A DNA stretch of 64,000 nt from assembly GCA_964106915.2 (NCBI GenBank), contig OZ066917.1. One strand, given 5' to 3'. The DNA comes from Podarcis gaigeae. Taxonomy: Eukaryota. This document shows, piece after piece, positions 39,801-54,363 of this stretch (position 1 is the first letter of the stretch; each line of letters begins with the position of its first letter). The translations under genes were made by a program, and so were the position numbers. The notes below the pieces were generated by a model. The model ran no database searches and was not told where the DNA came from. It was given only the letters and a program-made list of their open reading frames with translations.

Positions 39801-42800
39801 ATGTGGGAAATTATGTCAGTCCTCAAAGAACAACCAAACTAAAATAATGGTCTCTAAAGTCAAGTTGAAAGCACTTTCAAGCTATTTATCCATTAATTCT
39901 GTGTTACTAAAGACTACCATAATAAAATTGCACAGGAAAATGTTGAGAGAGACCAGAACGAGTGGGAACTGAAACAACTACTTCAAGTAAGTTATTTGTG
40001 GAAAAAATTATTTATTTAAACAAAATGTTAAGTAGGTACAAATATTATGTCTATCAGTTTTCCTACTACATAAAAACCAAATATTTGTTAATACAACTTT
40101 TTTAGTAGCAAAAAGCAAAGGCAGTTTTGCATAGCCTATTGCGTTTAGGCTAAGCTTTAGGCCCAGACCAAAAATTTCAAAACAAATGTTTCCAAACGAT
40201 TGTGTTTTAATATTAAGTGTGAAAATAAACATATTTAACAATACTCACTTTATAGTGCCCATAGTTGTTTGCTAATATAAGGTATAGTTGTGTTGATTTT
40301 TAAGTCAAAAAATTAAAATACTTAAGATGAAATCAGTTTACATTCCTTTATAGTAATTTTAAATCAGAATAAAGCTAGTTCACAAAATGCTAGACAGAGG
40401 GTCCACTACTATGGTTCCATCCTTCTATAGTGAAATCCCAAATAATATGTAGGTTATGCTTACACAGACCCCAAAAGCCACCAATTTATCAACCACTCTA
40501 AACTATGAATTTAAAGCCAAAGCACCAATCTCTTGGGTATTTTTTAAAGTATAGAAGTAACTTAGCTTTCTCCATAACAAACCATTTACAATCCAACAGA
40601 ATGATCCATCCCTTTCCTACACATGGGAAGGGTCCCCAATACACCACTAATACGCTCTCCCCCACCTGGGCTTTGCACTACTGCATATGGAGCCAGGCAT
40701 ACTACAAAATGCCAAGGCATTTTACCTGCAATGGGAAGACTATAAATATCTCCCATAGCCAGAGAATCATCTTCCCATGCAAGCTACTCACTCTTGGACA
40801 ACAAACAGCTTATGAGTGGCCCCAAGGGGGACTAAAACCACTAGACTCATTCAAGGGCCTTTAATTGCAGATTAATGGCCAAGCACATAACAGGAGAGGG
40901 ATTTATCAGGTTCCAAGTTTTATATGCAGCTAAATATTTGCCCCCACAGCCTTCTACATAAAATTAAGTTGATATGCTAAAGTGTTCATCCATCTCCAAA
41001 TAAATTCTAATATATAAGTCCCCAAAATAAAAACTTCAATGATTCAAATAGTATTTTGTAATTTCCTCTACATATATCACACCACCTCACCCTCTTGGAA
41101 AAAAAAACATATGGGATGATATGTCAAAAATAGCATGAAATATCTATACAGGTGAAAAAATGTACATGTCACAATAAACTGATAAGATACAGAGTTGTTA
41201 TTTGATCACAATTCCATGTTCACTTGGAATTTCAGCAATGCATTATTGATTGTGTGGGAAACTCCCATGTTATTCTTGTATCTTTTGGGTTCCTTCATGA
41301 AATCTTATTCAAGGCTTCTCCAAGTTTCTCCGTGGCTTCAGTGTGTGCCTATCATTTTTAGTATCTTGAATAACCTATTTTGACCCTTTTGTTTTGCTGC
41401 ATAATAAAACAACAAGGCCCATGTTATGTTTCTAGAAGTGCTGTTTACATTTTATAATATATATATAAGTAGCATCTTAACATTAAGAACAGGACAGGCT
41501 AATACAAAATGAGACAGAATATAGAGTATTTTTTATTCAGTATAAAGCCTCTCCACTTTAAGAGACTAATAGTTACCTTGTTCCAAGAAAGGAATAGAAA
41601 ATTCTTCCACACAGTTTAGAATCAACCTAAAAAGCACCTTGATGAAACAATACATTGGCCTGGATCCAGTGTAGAACATGCACAAGAATAGTTGCACAAG
41701 AAGAACACCCCGCCCCTCTCAAGCCCCCCTAGAAGGTTGAAGGGCATTCAAGAAAGACCTGTGCTTCGGGACTGGCGACTACAGTGGGAGAGGTTTGGGA
41801 GAAATAGTGTGGAGGCATTCGGAGTTATTGTGAGAAAGGAATGAAAAATCCCATATGCACTACCCCTGATGCTCTTTGCACAAAACTGTCAGTTGTCATG
41901 TTGCTTCAAAGAGTCTGCTATCAGTGTCACATATGCAGTAACTGGAGGGATGGGACAAAAACAAACCCCACTCCTTCTGAAGAACCAGCTAGCTACAGCT
42001 AGTGCTTTAAGGATCCTTAATGAGAAACATATGGAAGAAGGCATATTTTGTTGGCTGATCTTTTCTTAATTTTTTTTAAAACAAGTAGAAATCTAACATA
42101 CAGGGCCAAAACCTGTATGTTAAGATCAACACATGAAATACAGCTTTATTGTGGAAATATGTTTGCCATATCCTAGACATGCCTCCAAATGAATGAAAAA
42201 AGGGCCAAGGTTGATTGTGGAGGTGCTACTTCAACCAACATGGGAGCTTTGTGTCCTCAGTTTCACTTTTAAAATAAGGAATGTGCTTCGAGATGAACAA
42301 ATGTACACTACTTGTAATACCAAGTATGGTTTCAAAATAAACTGGTTAAACAATTTTAAATAAGCTATCACTAAATGACAATGGAAGATAAAGAGTTACC
42401 TGTTTATATTCACTAACGCAGTTTTGGCAACAGAATCTTTTCGGCTCTCCATCAACCATAAGGATATTGTTTGCTGCTCCCTTACTTGGCAGGTATTCCC
42501 CACAATGCTCACAACAATTCATTATTAAGCCATTTGCCATTCGGTATCGATTGAAGCAGTGGTCACTACACAGCTTATGTGTCATATTTTTAAAGCTAAC
42601 CTCATGACGGATCTAAAGGGGGGGGGAAACAAGTTTACTGTAGTGAGTTATAATTAGCCAGATAACAGCTTTTAAATATAAATTTGGATTAAACTGTTTG
42701 AAAAATGTGGAAAATGCAATTTCAGAAATGCAAGCTGCATTTGGTACTTTTGAAACTTAAAAAGCAAAAACGAAACAGGAACAGAGGATACTACATGTAA

Positions 42801-45800
42801 TACAATTTGACTGTAAAATATATGACTTGTAAACATTGGTAAGTATTCAGTATATGACTGAGTATGAAAAACCCAGAATGAAATAAAATGTGTTTAGTAA
42901 ACTTTCACATGTAAGGCAAAATATATTTTTACAATGTATTCAATCACCACAGAAATTCAGTAACTCTCAAAAAGTTAATTTTCAAAGATTGGAAACTAAT
43001 GCCCTCTTCTAAGAAAAATACCCCATTTTCCATAAAACTAATATTCACAGAATAAGCTGCACTATGGGCAAATGTGAGGAAAAATGAGTTTTACGTGTAT
43101 ATTAAAAGCACAAAGAGCAAAATGCACCAAATTTCCTCCTTGCCTCAGACACTGACAAAGTTGAACCACGCATTACAGTACATGCATTATTTCTATCTTT
43201 GCAAAGAAGGAAAATGACAGACTAATGGTAACAACAAGGATAGAGACTACTACAAATCGTAACTAAAAAGAATCAAAGAATACTTAATCTAAGAAAATTC
43301 AGGTCTGTGAAGGATGCAGAAATGCAAACCAACCAATCTGGAAAGGCTAGGTAAATAATTTTCATTTCCTAGCTATCATATGAGAACTTGTATGCTGCCA
43401 GAAGACTGAAGAGCATGACAAGTGGCTCAAGTGAAAATTCTGCCCACATAAGAAATATTGGTGAGAAATATTACCTAAGTAATTTCCTGAGAAACTCAAA
43501 TAATATTATATTAGTGTATAAATGAGGGATGGGAGAAACAAACAAACCTCTGTTAGTTTTCCACAAATAGTGCATCTAGACTTATTTAAGATTCCTTTTG
43601 AGGGATTCTGTTTGTCTTCATAGAAGGACAAGCATGACGTGCTGCAAAACTCCTGGAAGGACTCACTTGAATCAACCTGAGCAACAATGGTACCTTTCAT
43701 TGTTGTTATGTCTCTGAAAGATAAGAAGGGAACGTCCTCTAAATATTAGGAGCCACCATAAAGTACAATAGTCAGATAGTACAAGATTTAAAAGTCTGAA
43801 CAAAAAACTGGGAAGAAGAAGAGTTTGGATTTGATATCCCGCTTTATCACTACCCGAAGGAGTCTCAAAGCGGCTAACATTCTCCTTTCCCATCCACTCC
43901 CACAACAAACACTCTGTGAGGTGAGTGGGGCTGAGAGACTTCAGAGAAGTGTGACTGGCCCAAGGTCACCCAGCAGCTGCATGTGGAGGAGCGGAGACAC
44001 GAACCTGGTTCACCAGATTACGAGTCTACCACTCTTAACAAGTATACCACACTGGGAACAATTTGATATTATCAAGAGCCCCCTCCCTCCCACCACCCAA
44101 AATGGGAGGGGGGCATCCCATTGGCTGCATTTGAACATCATGATAAAAATGGTTTAATGTGAGACACATAAGAAGGAACAAGCTGTGCAACCAAAGACAA
44201 TCCTTTCACTTCTTCAGTTAAACATAACTTTGGTGTCATCCAAATCCCTGCTTGTGGTTAGCATTAACTATGCTTAATTTTAAAAAGCCAGCTTCAGAAA
44301 ATGTGGTTTGAAGTTAGTTTTAAAAAAGCCAGCCACAGTTTGTGTTAACCAGTTTTTTATGGCTGACCTGACAGATTGCAATTAAAAGTGGAATCCTTAA
44401 GCTGTTCTTCTAGGCTGAGAGGGAGAATAGGGAGGAGCATGCAAGCCCAAGGCTTACTTCAGCTCGTTCCTGCTTGTTAAACAAGTATTCCCCAACCTGG
44501 TGCCCTCCAGATGTTTTTGACAACAACTTCCGTCACCCTGATCACAGACCATGCTGGCTGGAGCAGACAGTTCATGTACAAAACTGCTGGAAGGTACCAC
44601 ATTGGCTATCCCTGCTGTAGACTAAGGAGCAGTGCAAATAATGGTTAGCATATCAAAAGCTAGTCTTTTCTCCTTGAGTATCAGGAGATATGTACACCCC
44701 TTCTCATCTTGCAGTGAAAACGTATTTTCATATATCATGGACACCTAATGCAAACTGTGGAGAACAAATCCAGTTTCTTTGTAAATTAGAGTGTGAAAAC
44801 GTAGTTCAATCTGTTTATGAAATTATTTTGCCATAGATGCAGCTGTAATGTAAAGCCACGACTTGTGGCAGAAAAGAGGGATAAATTGCTTTGGGGGGCT
44901 GGGGGTGGAGTCTCCCATTTCACAAACCACAATTTAAAAGGAATTAGTCTTATATCTACATCAGTGCTCAACCGTGGTGAAAATGGAAAAGTTTATTTGA
45001 AAAAGTATTATTTGGAGACACGTGGAATACCATGAGAAGCAAAAATATCAATTATAAACAGAAACACCATAAAGCAAACGTTTGTTGTTATTTAACAAAA
45101 GGGAATGGGAGCACATTTAATTCTTTTGTGCTATAGCTGCTTATTGCTCATAAGATACTCACAAACCTTAGGTCTCTTGTACTGAAGTATGCATAAGCTA
45201 AGCCCTATTAACCTGAAGTGATTTTACTCTAATAAAACAGAAAGACAGCTACCTAGCTGCATACAGCCAACGGATCAACAGACAGTTACAATTCTTCTCT
45301 CTCAGTAAACCTGACAGCTTCAAAAGCAAAGTTATACATTTTTAAATTACAAGTTAGTGTCAAAATCAATTTATCTAACTGTCCAACATGTCTCATTGCA
45401 GCAGTTAATGTTGTTTAGATGGGTAACTTAAAAGGGCTTCAAGAATATTAACACACTGGATTTAATCATGTTTCATTAACAAAGCAAAGCAGGACTTGGC
45501 ACTACCCACAGACCTCACTGCTAGCACTCAACAAATGTGTACAAATTAGGCCAAAACGCTCCACCCATGCTTCGCACAAGTCTCAGCTTAATTTTATATT
45601 TTGTTTTTTTCAGAACTGTTTATACACCCACATCATTAGTGCCAAACAGCATTCTTCATAGATTCCAGAAGAGGAGACAGTGAACAAAACTAAGATGCTA
45701 AGTAGTACGAAATTGAACAAGGTTTGTTCCTCTTTCCAAGTCTCTGTATTGGCATAGGATTATATTATACAGAGAAAGGACTAAACATGTGTGTGATAAG

Positions 45801-46149
45801 CAGAAAACTTTTTATACAAACCACCTTCATTTTAGTTATTTTATATTGTTTCATGTTAAATGCTTAGAGGTTTTTCCTGATTAAGCGTTATATAAATTTT
45901 GTTAGCTAAATAATGACCGATCCATGGTTAGCTCAATGTGAATGGGCACTCAAGCCAACAATTTCCCATCTCCCACTGTGAGCAAATCATGGTTTGTGCT
46001 TAACTATAGTTTGCTTTACCAAGAAGACCCTTCAAAATGGGCTAATGATTTGGTCATTACATTTGATCCAACTCAATGCCTATCAGTTTTTATAACAAGT
46101 ATGAAGAAGAATAAGTTGAAAGAAGGTAGCTCATTCATGTCCTGGATAA

Positions 46150-46200
<51 letters not shown>

Positions 46201-49200
46201 CTTTCGTAGATTTTCACGGGTACAGGAATGCAGGTTTTGGTGTCCTCGGGTGTCTTCCCGTGTAAAAGTACTTTTACACGGGAAGACACCCGAGGACACC
46301 AAAACCTGCATATATATATATATATATATATATAAACCAACTATCAAGCAGTGTATTTATTTTATGCAATAAATAAATGAATAAAAATAAAATATTTTAC
46401 TGAGTTCTTGGAACACTGAACAAGAATACTGATCACACTGACAAGGATCAAGCAGTAAGATCTAACCCTTACTTTTTGCACATAACACAGAGTTTCTTTG
46501 GAGCTGGTTTATGCGAGAATGATGAAAGGCAGGTAGTGGAACAAAAAAGGTGAACTGATCCTTTCCGCTGATATGCAGTCTGGCCCTTCTGCAAAGGTTT
46601 CTTGCAGTTAGCACATGTGACTTTAACCTGCTTAGAAGGCTGCTGTTGTGTAGGAGGCTGGAAGACTTGTTTTGGGAGGGATGCCACCGGTGACAGAGAA
46701 TCCACACCTGGTTGCTTCTGATTCCTTGGAAATGAAGCTGACTGAGATATCCAGGAATCTTAAAGAGACAAAATATATGAAGTTAAAATTTAAAAATTAC
46801 CTCTCAATATGACAAGCTATTTGACAGTGAAGGAGAATATTCTATTCCCAGTGCAGGTAAAAGGAGACGCACTCAGTTTTTCCAAAAGGCTAAATAGTAA
46901 GTGTCAGTAACATAAAAAGATGTTGGGACACAACAACACCCATACAGTGGTGCCTCGCAAGACAAAATTAATTCGTTCCGCAAGTTTTTTCTTCTTGCGA
47001 GTTTTTCGTCTTGCGAAGCACGGTTTCCCATAGGAATGCATTGAAAATCAATCAATGCGTTCCTATGGAAACCGCCTTCAGACCAGGTCCGGGGACAGTC
47101 TGTCCCCCGACCTCTTCTGAAGGCTGGGGGGGGGGGGGAATAAGGGCTTTTCTTCCCACCCCCAGCATTTTAAAAAACCCCGGGACAGCGGAGGACTTCT
47201 CCGCTGTCCCGGGGTGATTTAAAAGCCCCCGGGAAGGCAGGCAGGGGGGACAAAGACTCCCCCCCTGCCTGCCTTCAAAAGCCGTCCGGGATAGTGGAGA
47301 AACACACTGCGTTTCTCCACTCTCCCGGGAAGGCAGGCAGGGGGGAGCAAAGACCTTCGCCCCCCGCCGACCTTCAGAAGAGGTCCAGGACCTCTTCTGA
47401 AGGCCGGCAGGGGGCAAAAGTCTTTGCTCCCCCCGGTTGCCTTCAAAAGCCGTCCAGGATAGCGGGAAGCACTTCCCTGCTATCCCGGACTGCTTTTAAA
47501 ATGCTGGCGGTGGGGAGCAAAGCCTTTCGGCCCCCACCGGCCTTCCTGGACCTCTTCTGAAGGCCGGAGGGGGGGAAAGGCTTTGCTCCCCACCGCCAGC
47601 ATTTAAAACAGGTCCCCAGAGATTTCCCTATGGGCTTTCTTCTTGCGAAGCAAGCCCATAGGGAAATTCGTCTTGCGAAGCAACTCGCAAACGGAAAACC
47701 CTTTCGTCTTGCGGGTTTTCCGTCTTGCGAGGCATTCGTCTTGCGGGGCACCACTGTACTGCATAATAAATATTTACAGATCACCACCTGCTAGTCATGG
47801 GAATAGCAATAGAATGCCCTTGTCTTCAAAATTCCAACACAATGCTCAGGAGAATTCGGTGAACGTGAAGACATTTTCCTACTCCATGATAACCGACTTT
47901 GAAGATGGAACAGAGGGGGTGGGGAAGACGATATCAGAGTTGGGGAAACCTTTTTCAGCATTCACTTCTGAGGACCAAATTCTAGTAGTAGGCAGGGCCA
48001 CACTGAATGGATCAACAAATGTACAGTACGCTGGTTTCTACACACACTCACACACCTCTCTGTCCTCCATCAGAAAACTATTATCAGAGTTCAAGAGCAT
48101 ATTCTAGCCAGGCACATGCACTCGGGTAACAAAGCAGGGCCAGTGAGGGGTATAGCTTGAGGAGAGTTTCAAGGGCCAGATGGAAAGGCCTGGAGGGCCA
48201 CATTCAGCACCCAGGCCTCAGGTTCCCCACTCCAGATTTAAAGCAAATTTGCTGTATGCCTCACTTTCAAGGAGGAAGCAAAAAGCTTTGAGTTTGAATT
48301 TCAGCTATCAGGACAAGGGCTAGCAACTTTCTAAAAAGGAACTAGTTTTGAACAGGGAGTTAACAGGTTTTGTCATTAGACATCCCACAACCTCCCAAAT
48401 ACTTACTGGAAATTGAATATGCTATAAGTGGCTGAAACATTATTTGGTCAAGTTTTATATAACTCCTCAACTGAACCCACACATTTTTTGAGAAACTCAA
48501 ATCAATCATTTAAAAAACTATCCAAGTTAGTAACACTTCTTCATTGAGCAAGGCAAGTTACCTAAGCAAATGAAGTTAGAGGGACATGGTCATAAACATC
48601 AAAACATACACAACCAAATCGAACAATTTCCACACAAAACATATGATCTAATTTTTATGGTATTTTGTGTTTGAACTTTGTGTACAATCATAATATTTTA
48701 TACAGTGCTATAGAAATTTCAATAATTTGCCATTTAGAAATGAAGATGATAAAATAACTAACTGGTAAATGATCAGCTGTGTCATGATACTGTATTTGAA
48801 GAACTGAAAATATTAGGAGTAACTGGACTTCATTATCTTAAGGAACTGAAACTTCTCATATACAAATAGATCAGTATTTCTTTAATAACACACTTCAGCA
48901 CTTAACTTTGGACATTATCATAAAACCCTAACTCATCTCCTATATCATTAACCTGTGACATGAAAACAATCTCTGTAGATTGTCTATGGAGATTGTCCTT
49001 CATGAAACAAAACCTATATTCTACAGTGTGGATGAAAACCTTTTTAGACCCACATCACATTAATCAGTGAATGGCTCTAGAGCACCCTGAAACGAACAAC
49101 AAACAACAAAACCAAGAACATAAAGGTAACAAACTACTCAAGAAATAGTTAAGAAAACAAGGACAATGTTTGCCCAAGAGCAAGGACATCATCTCTGATA

Positions 49201-52200
49201 ATGATGCCACTGCCAAAAGGTACTGAGCGGGAAGTTGGGGACCATGCTCCCAAGAACATGCACACTGAGAGAAGGGGGGAAAGCTCACCCAAAAACCTAG
49301 CTCTAGAAAGTTCTCAGCAATGATCTGCATATGTACAGCACCCATTTCTGAAACCATTTCTGAAACCAAAAAGTTTTGCTACCGGCTTAGAAATCTTGGT
49401 TTGAAAAACCCACCTTGTTTTCAACCATTGTTTGGCAGTACAAATAATCCCAGCACCCTTTCTTAACCATGGTTTGTGACCACTCCTCTAAATGCTGACT
49501 AGTCTACAAAGTCACGAGATAAGAACAACTGAAAAACCCAACCTTGGGAGAAACTTAACCATGGCCAAGCCTCTGTGTCCCAACACTGCATATTACTGAC
49601 ACCTAATGAAGTTGTTTACATTTTTTATATTGGGGGGGGCTATTTTGGCCACATAAATGGTGGGCAGTTTTCCCGAAAGTTCAGAAATTAACAACAACAA
49701 CAACAACAATCTGGGCAGCTTACAGAATATATAAAACATAATAAAGCATCAAACATTAAAAACTTAAAATCCGCTAACTGTAATTGTGCTCAGATGCAGA
49801 TTTGCACTTTTATAAGCAGGTTGTCCTAATATGGCTTTTAAGCTGTAGTACATAACTGTAAAGTCTGTCAACCACCCAACATTGTTCCAGCAATGTCTAT
49901 TACCACAATGGAATCTGGAAAGTTGCTCACCGAGTGGTATGAAGACATTATAGTAATTAACTAATTAAAAACCCCAGAGTGAACTTAAATTGATAAAATT
50001 GACAATGAGGAAAGGAGCTTGTCCTCCATACAAAAAACTATGGGTTTTCCATTCTGGTTTCAAGTGCAAGCACTAATAACAGTTGCCAACTTGGATATTA
50101 AATAAACCATGATTAGAGTAGAGGAAAACCATCCACAGAAAAAGGAGGTAAGGAATGAGAACTCCAGGAATCTGCAGTATTTTCATTGTGGTTGTTGGCA
50201 TCAGTCTGACTCGGGAGACATTGGAGGAGTGTGCCTTTGGGAGTAAAGTTGAACTGGAGAGTTACAGCTCCCGCTATGGCTATAGAGATGGATATGAGAG
50301 GCATTTTATTGCAGGTGAGGCAGATGTAGGCATCCAGTTTTGTTGCTACATCTAGGTGCACCATGGCACCACTTCTCTCTGTGCTGCTCCCAGCAGTCAT
50401 TCATCCTCTAGTCACTGCTGTGGATATACAACCTGCTTGCCTGTATTTTCATAAGATTACTTTTTGTAGAGAAAAAGTTACAAAAACTGCTACTTGAGAG
50501 AAGACTGGCTAGCTCTTCCAAACAATGAAACGCATGTGGGAAATGGGTCCTTCATTAACCAAACTGTAATTGGTTATCTTTAAGTATTAGCCACAGTTCC
50601 CAATTGTAAAATAAAATAAAATAAAATACAACAATGAAAAATATCTCATTTTAATTTATTTAATTTACTCCTATGTAGAAATGACTGTATATGATACTTA
50701 ATATGGAAAATGGGAAATCTCTTTGGCACAAAATGTTTAAAGGTTGGGGTGGCGTTCAGGGAGCATGTTAAAATGTTTAATACTGGCTCAAAGGCACTAT
50801 GAAATTGTGAAAGAATGAACCTCAGTGTTTAAATCTAATAGCATCTAAAGTTAAAATAATTTCAGTGGGTAAGATAGAATAGCATTTGACACCTGTAAAT
50901 CACATACTGTATATAAGCTCCTGTTCATCCATGGACTGAAGAATGTGCTATTAAGTACCCCAGTGCACATACATACTGCAAGAAATTTGTACATGGAATT
51001 GTGACATGCTAAAATCCACAAGCAGGTTTCCGGTCAATTGCTACAGAAAATTAATGTACAGAAACCTTGTAGTGATAATTGATGTAATTGGGTAATGCGG
51101 TACTGTTTTTAACACTGATTGGGAGCCGCCCAGAGTGGCTGGGGAAACTCAGCCAGATGGGCGGGGTATAAATAATAAATTATTATTATTATTATGGCAA
51201 ACTCAGATTTAATTGTCTACAATATTGGAGTGATAAGAGACCTGCCTCACATGATTGTAAAGCAGTTTATACATGAAGCTTTATGGCCAAGCTTCATAAA
51301 ATTCTGAAACACCAGTCACTTACAGTGGTGTCGGTAACATATTCAGGCAACCTCTTTTGATCAGAGCTGCATTTGTCTTTTATGTCTGAAACTGTATCAG
51401 GTGAAAAAATTAAGCACCTTCAGAAACTCAAGTTTTCATTAGTTTCAGATCTTTCTTAGTTAGAGAGAAACAAAGCTTGATTGGTAAAATCTCAAGAACT
51501 AAAAAAGCGGCTGAGCAGATTTGGAGGTCAGAGTTTTTAGCAAGCAACCCTTTTCCCCTGCTCAAAAGTTAGCAGAAGAATTATACCTCAATGCCACTGT
51601 GCAAGTTTGGTTCTACATGTGTAACTTAGGGATCTTGTGGGCACAGGTTTATATCTTTCTTTTGACACATAGTATATACAATTCTTTTATAATCTTCCAC
51701 TGTTTGGTTTTTAAATTTAATGTTTTGGTGACAATATTAATGTTTGTTTTATTTTCTGTAAACCGCTTAGATATATATAATTTGTTAAATAAATAAATAG
51801 ATGGATCCTCACTCTTTTCTTCTTGAAGCAAAATTTTGTTCTCCCTACCCCTTGTGACCCTTCTCATGTGTTCCAAGTTACTTGTATCTATTCTATGCTC
51901 AAAACTGCATCCAACACCTTCCTTACAATAATGAGCTGGTTTCTGTTTAAGGTTTCTTATTTTCACTCCTTTTAACAAAACATGGTTTGGACCTAACCCA
52001 TCCCATTTAAATTGACACACATATAAAAAAAAACAGTGACCAGAACCCAGACAGCTCCCAAAACCAAGCCCCACAAAAGTTTGGTTGTGATGCCAGAGCA
52101 AAAGGACAAAGGTCTGCTGGTTGAACCATTAGCAGATCTTGTTAAAAGTAACCAGGCCTCCCTCTCTATTTATCATTCATAAATGAACAAAATTATCAAC

Positions 52201-54302
52201 TTTACAGGGATGCAAAAACTGTCTTAATCCATGGATAACTAAAGTAGCTAAGCTTAACATTCTCAACCTGAGCAGGGTGTATAGCAGCTCTCTTGAAAAT
52301 TCAAACCTGTTCAACTCAACATATAAAGGAAATGGGGAGAGAAGGAGAGAATGTATTTTGAAGCTAAGCAAAAAAGATCCCATATTGTATTTCTACTGCA
52401 CCCAGTATTAATAAAGCCACCAGTGACACTATTCATTATTGAGACATTATCCTATATCCCTGGGTATTTCTAGCTCGTATCTTCAACGGCAGCTAAAGTT
52501 CCACTACTGCCCAATTTTACTAACTTGAAGACACCCCATTGTGTGAGAACTTCGCCCCTCTCCACTCAAAAATCTAAAAAGGCGGCTAATAATTTGCCGT
52601 CCGAGAACTGAACATCTTGGATGAAAGTGCCTTTAGGGAAGTTCTCCATGGATAACAATTTAAGAATCCTTTAAGAAATAAACACCTTCTGAACAGCACC
52701 TGATTACAGACAGATTAGAAGCGGTCAAAACCTGTTTACTTAAAAACATCTTGATCCCCATCAGTCCAGAAACTCCTTTGATGCTAAGCAATGGTAACAG
52801 AAGATGCTCCTTTGAACATGCTACAGATAAGTGAATGTGGATGTGCATAAGTGCACCTCACAACACCCTGAGGCCCAAGGGGACTAGGACCTCAGTATCA
52901 GGAGGTAAGCATGGGAGCTTGGGAAATGGCTGTATATGCCATGACAATAACAACTCCATATGGCAACCTATCGAGGTTGACTGACTCCTTAGGTCTCCTC
53001 CACCCTTAGACAGTAAGTTCTTGTCATGAAACATTGTAAGCTGGAGAAATAAGGCAAATGACTGTGAGTTCCTAGAGTATCTAAGGAACTCTGATGTAGT
53101 TATGCTCCAGGAGACCTGGTCTCAAACCCCAATAGTAATTCAAGGCTTTAAAACCTATTCACTGCCAGCCTTCAAACTAAACCCAAAAGTAGATTCCAGC
53201 CAGTTTAGCCATTTTTACTGCTCTATGTTTAGATTTAAACTTGACATCCCTTCAAGCCTATCGCTCTACTATCTAAGCCAGGCACAGGCAAACTCGACCC
53301 TCCAGATGTTTTTGGGACTACAACTCCCATCATCCCTAGCTAACAGGACCGATGGTCAGAGATGATGGAAGTTATAGTCCCAAAACATCTGGAGGGCTAA
53401 GTTTGCCTATGCCTGATCTAAGCCTTCAAGTTTGATTAGAATCAAGGCACACTTGCCAAAATCTATGCAGATATATCTCCCTGCACAGAGAGGCCCTCCT
53501 CATTTCTTCACTGGAGCCATCTAAGCAGTTTGCAACAACAAATTCCCTCTACTGAAATAATCTTAGCAGGTGAATTTAAAGAGAGGGTGGGCAATGATGA
53601 CTCTGCACTTCTCAGAGTGCTTGGACTTGACCAAGGTAATTCTCTACCTGCCTTTAACTGTCTACTGTTCTAAGGACAAAATCTTGAACAATGCAGGCAT
53701 ATGCCTCACCAATTTTTGCATTCAATTCAGTAAAGTCTTGCTCAATTATTCATTGAGTTTTGATAATTCCGGAAAGTTCACCTATATATCAAGAAGGGGT
53801 TAACTGTGTGATTGACTATTTCCTAATTTCCCCAGTATCGGGGGATTGAGTCATGGTGGGTGTTTGCACTGTTAAGTGACCACTTATTTTGACCTTGGTC
53901 ATAGAACTTAACTGTCCTGTGCTCACACCTTTCCTGCCCAACTCCTGATGAAATCATAAGACATTCTGCCAAGAATTCCTTGGACTGCATAAATTCCATC
54001 CATTATTTAAAACCAAGACAACACTGGAATGCAGTTTCTGTAATTAACCCAGAATACCCCCAAGAAGCTATCAAAGCATATGAAAATCTAGGAACATCTC
54101 TAACTGATTTTTCAAAACCACAATTTAAGGTGTGGAAACAATCCAGGGAGTCTTTTACTAACAAGTGGCTTGACAAGGAATGTAGAGCTCTAAAATCTTA
54201 TATCCAGAATATTTCTTGACAATACTGGAAGGAAGAGGGTGCTGCCTACTTCCAGAATATTTTAGTTCTAAAAATCTACTGCGGTATCTTACTAAAAGAG
54301 AG

Positions 54303-54363
<61 letters not shown>

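Noticed and set aside
47011-48107. Cluster of overlapping ORFs up to 154 aa
   Set aside because: Explained by the GC-rich repetitive interior of a non-autonomous transposon; no transposase motifs.
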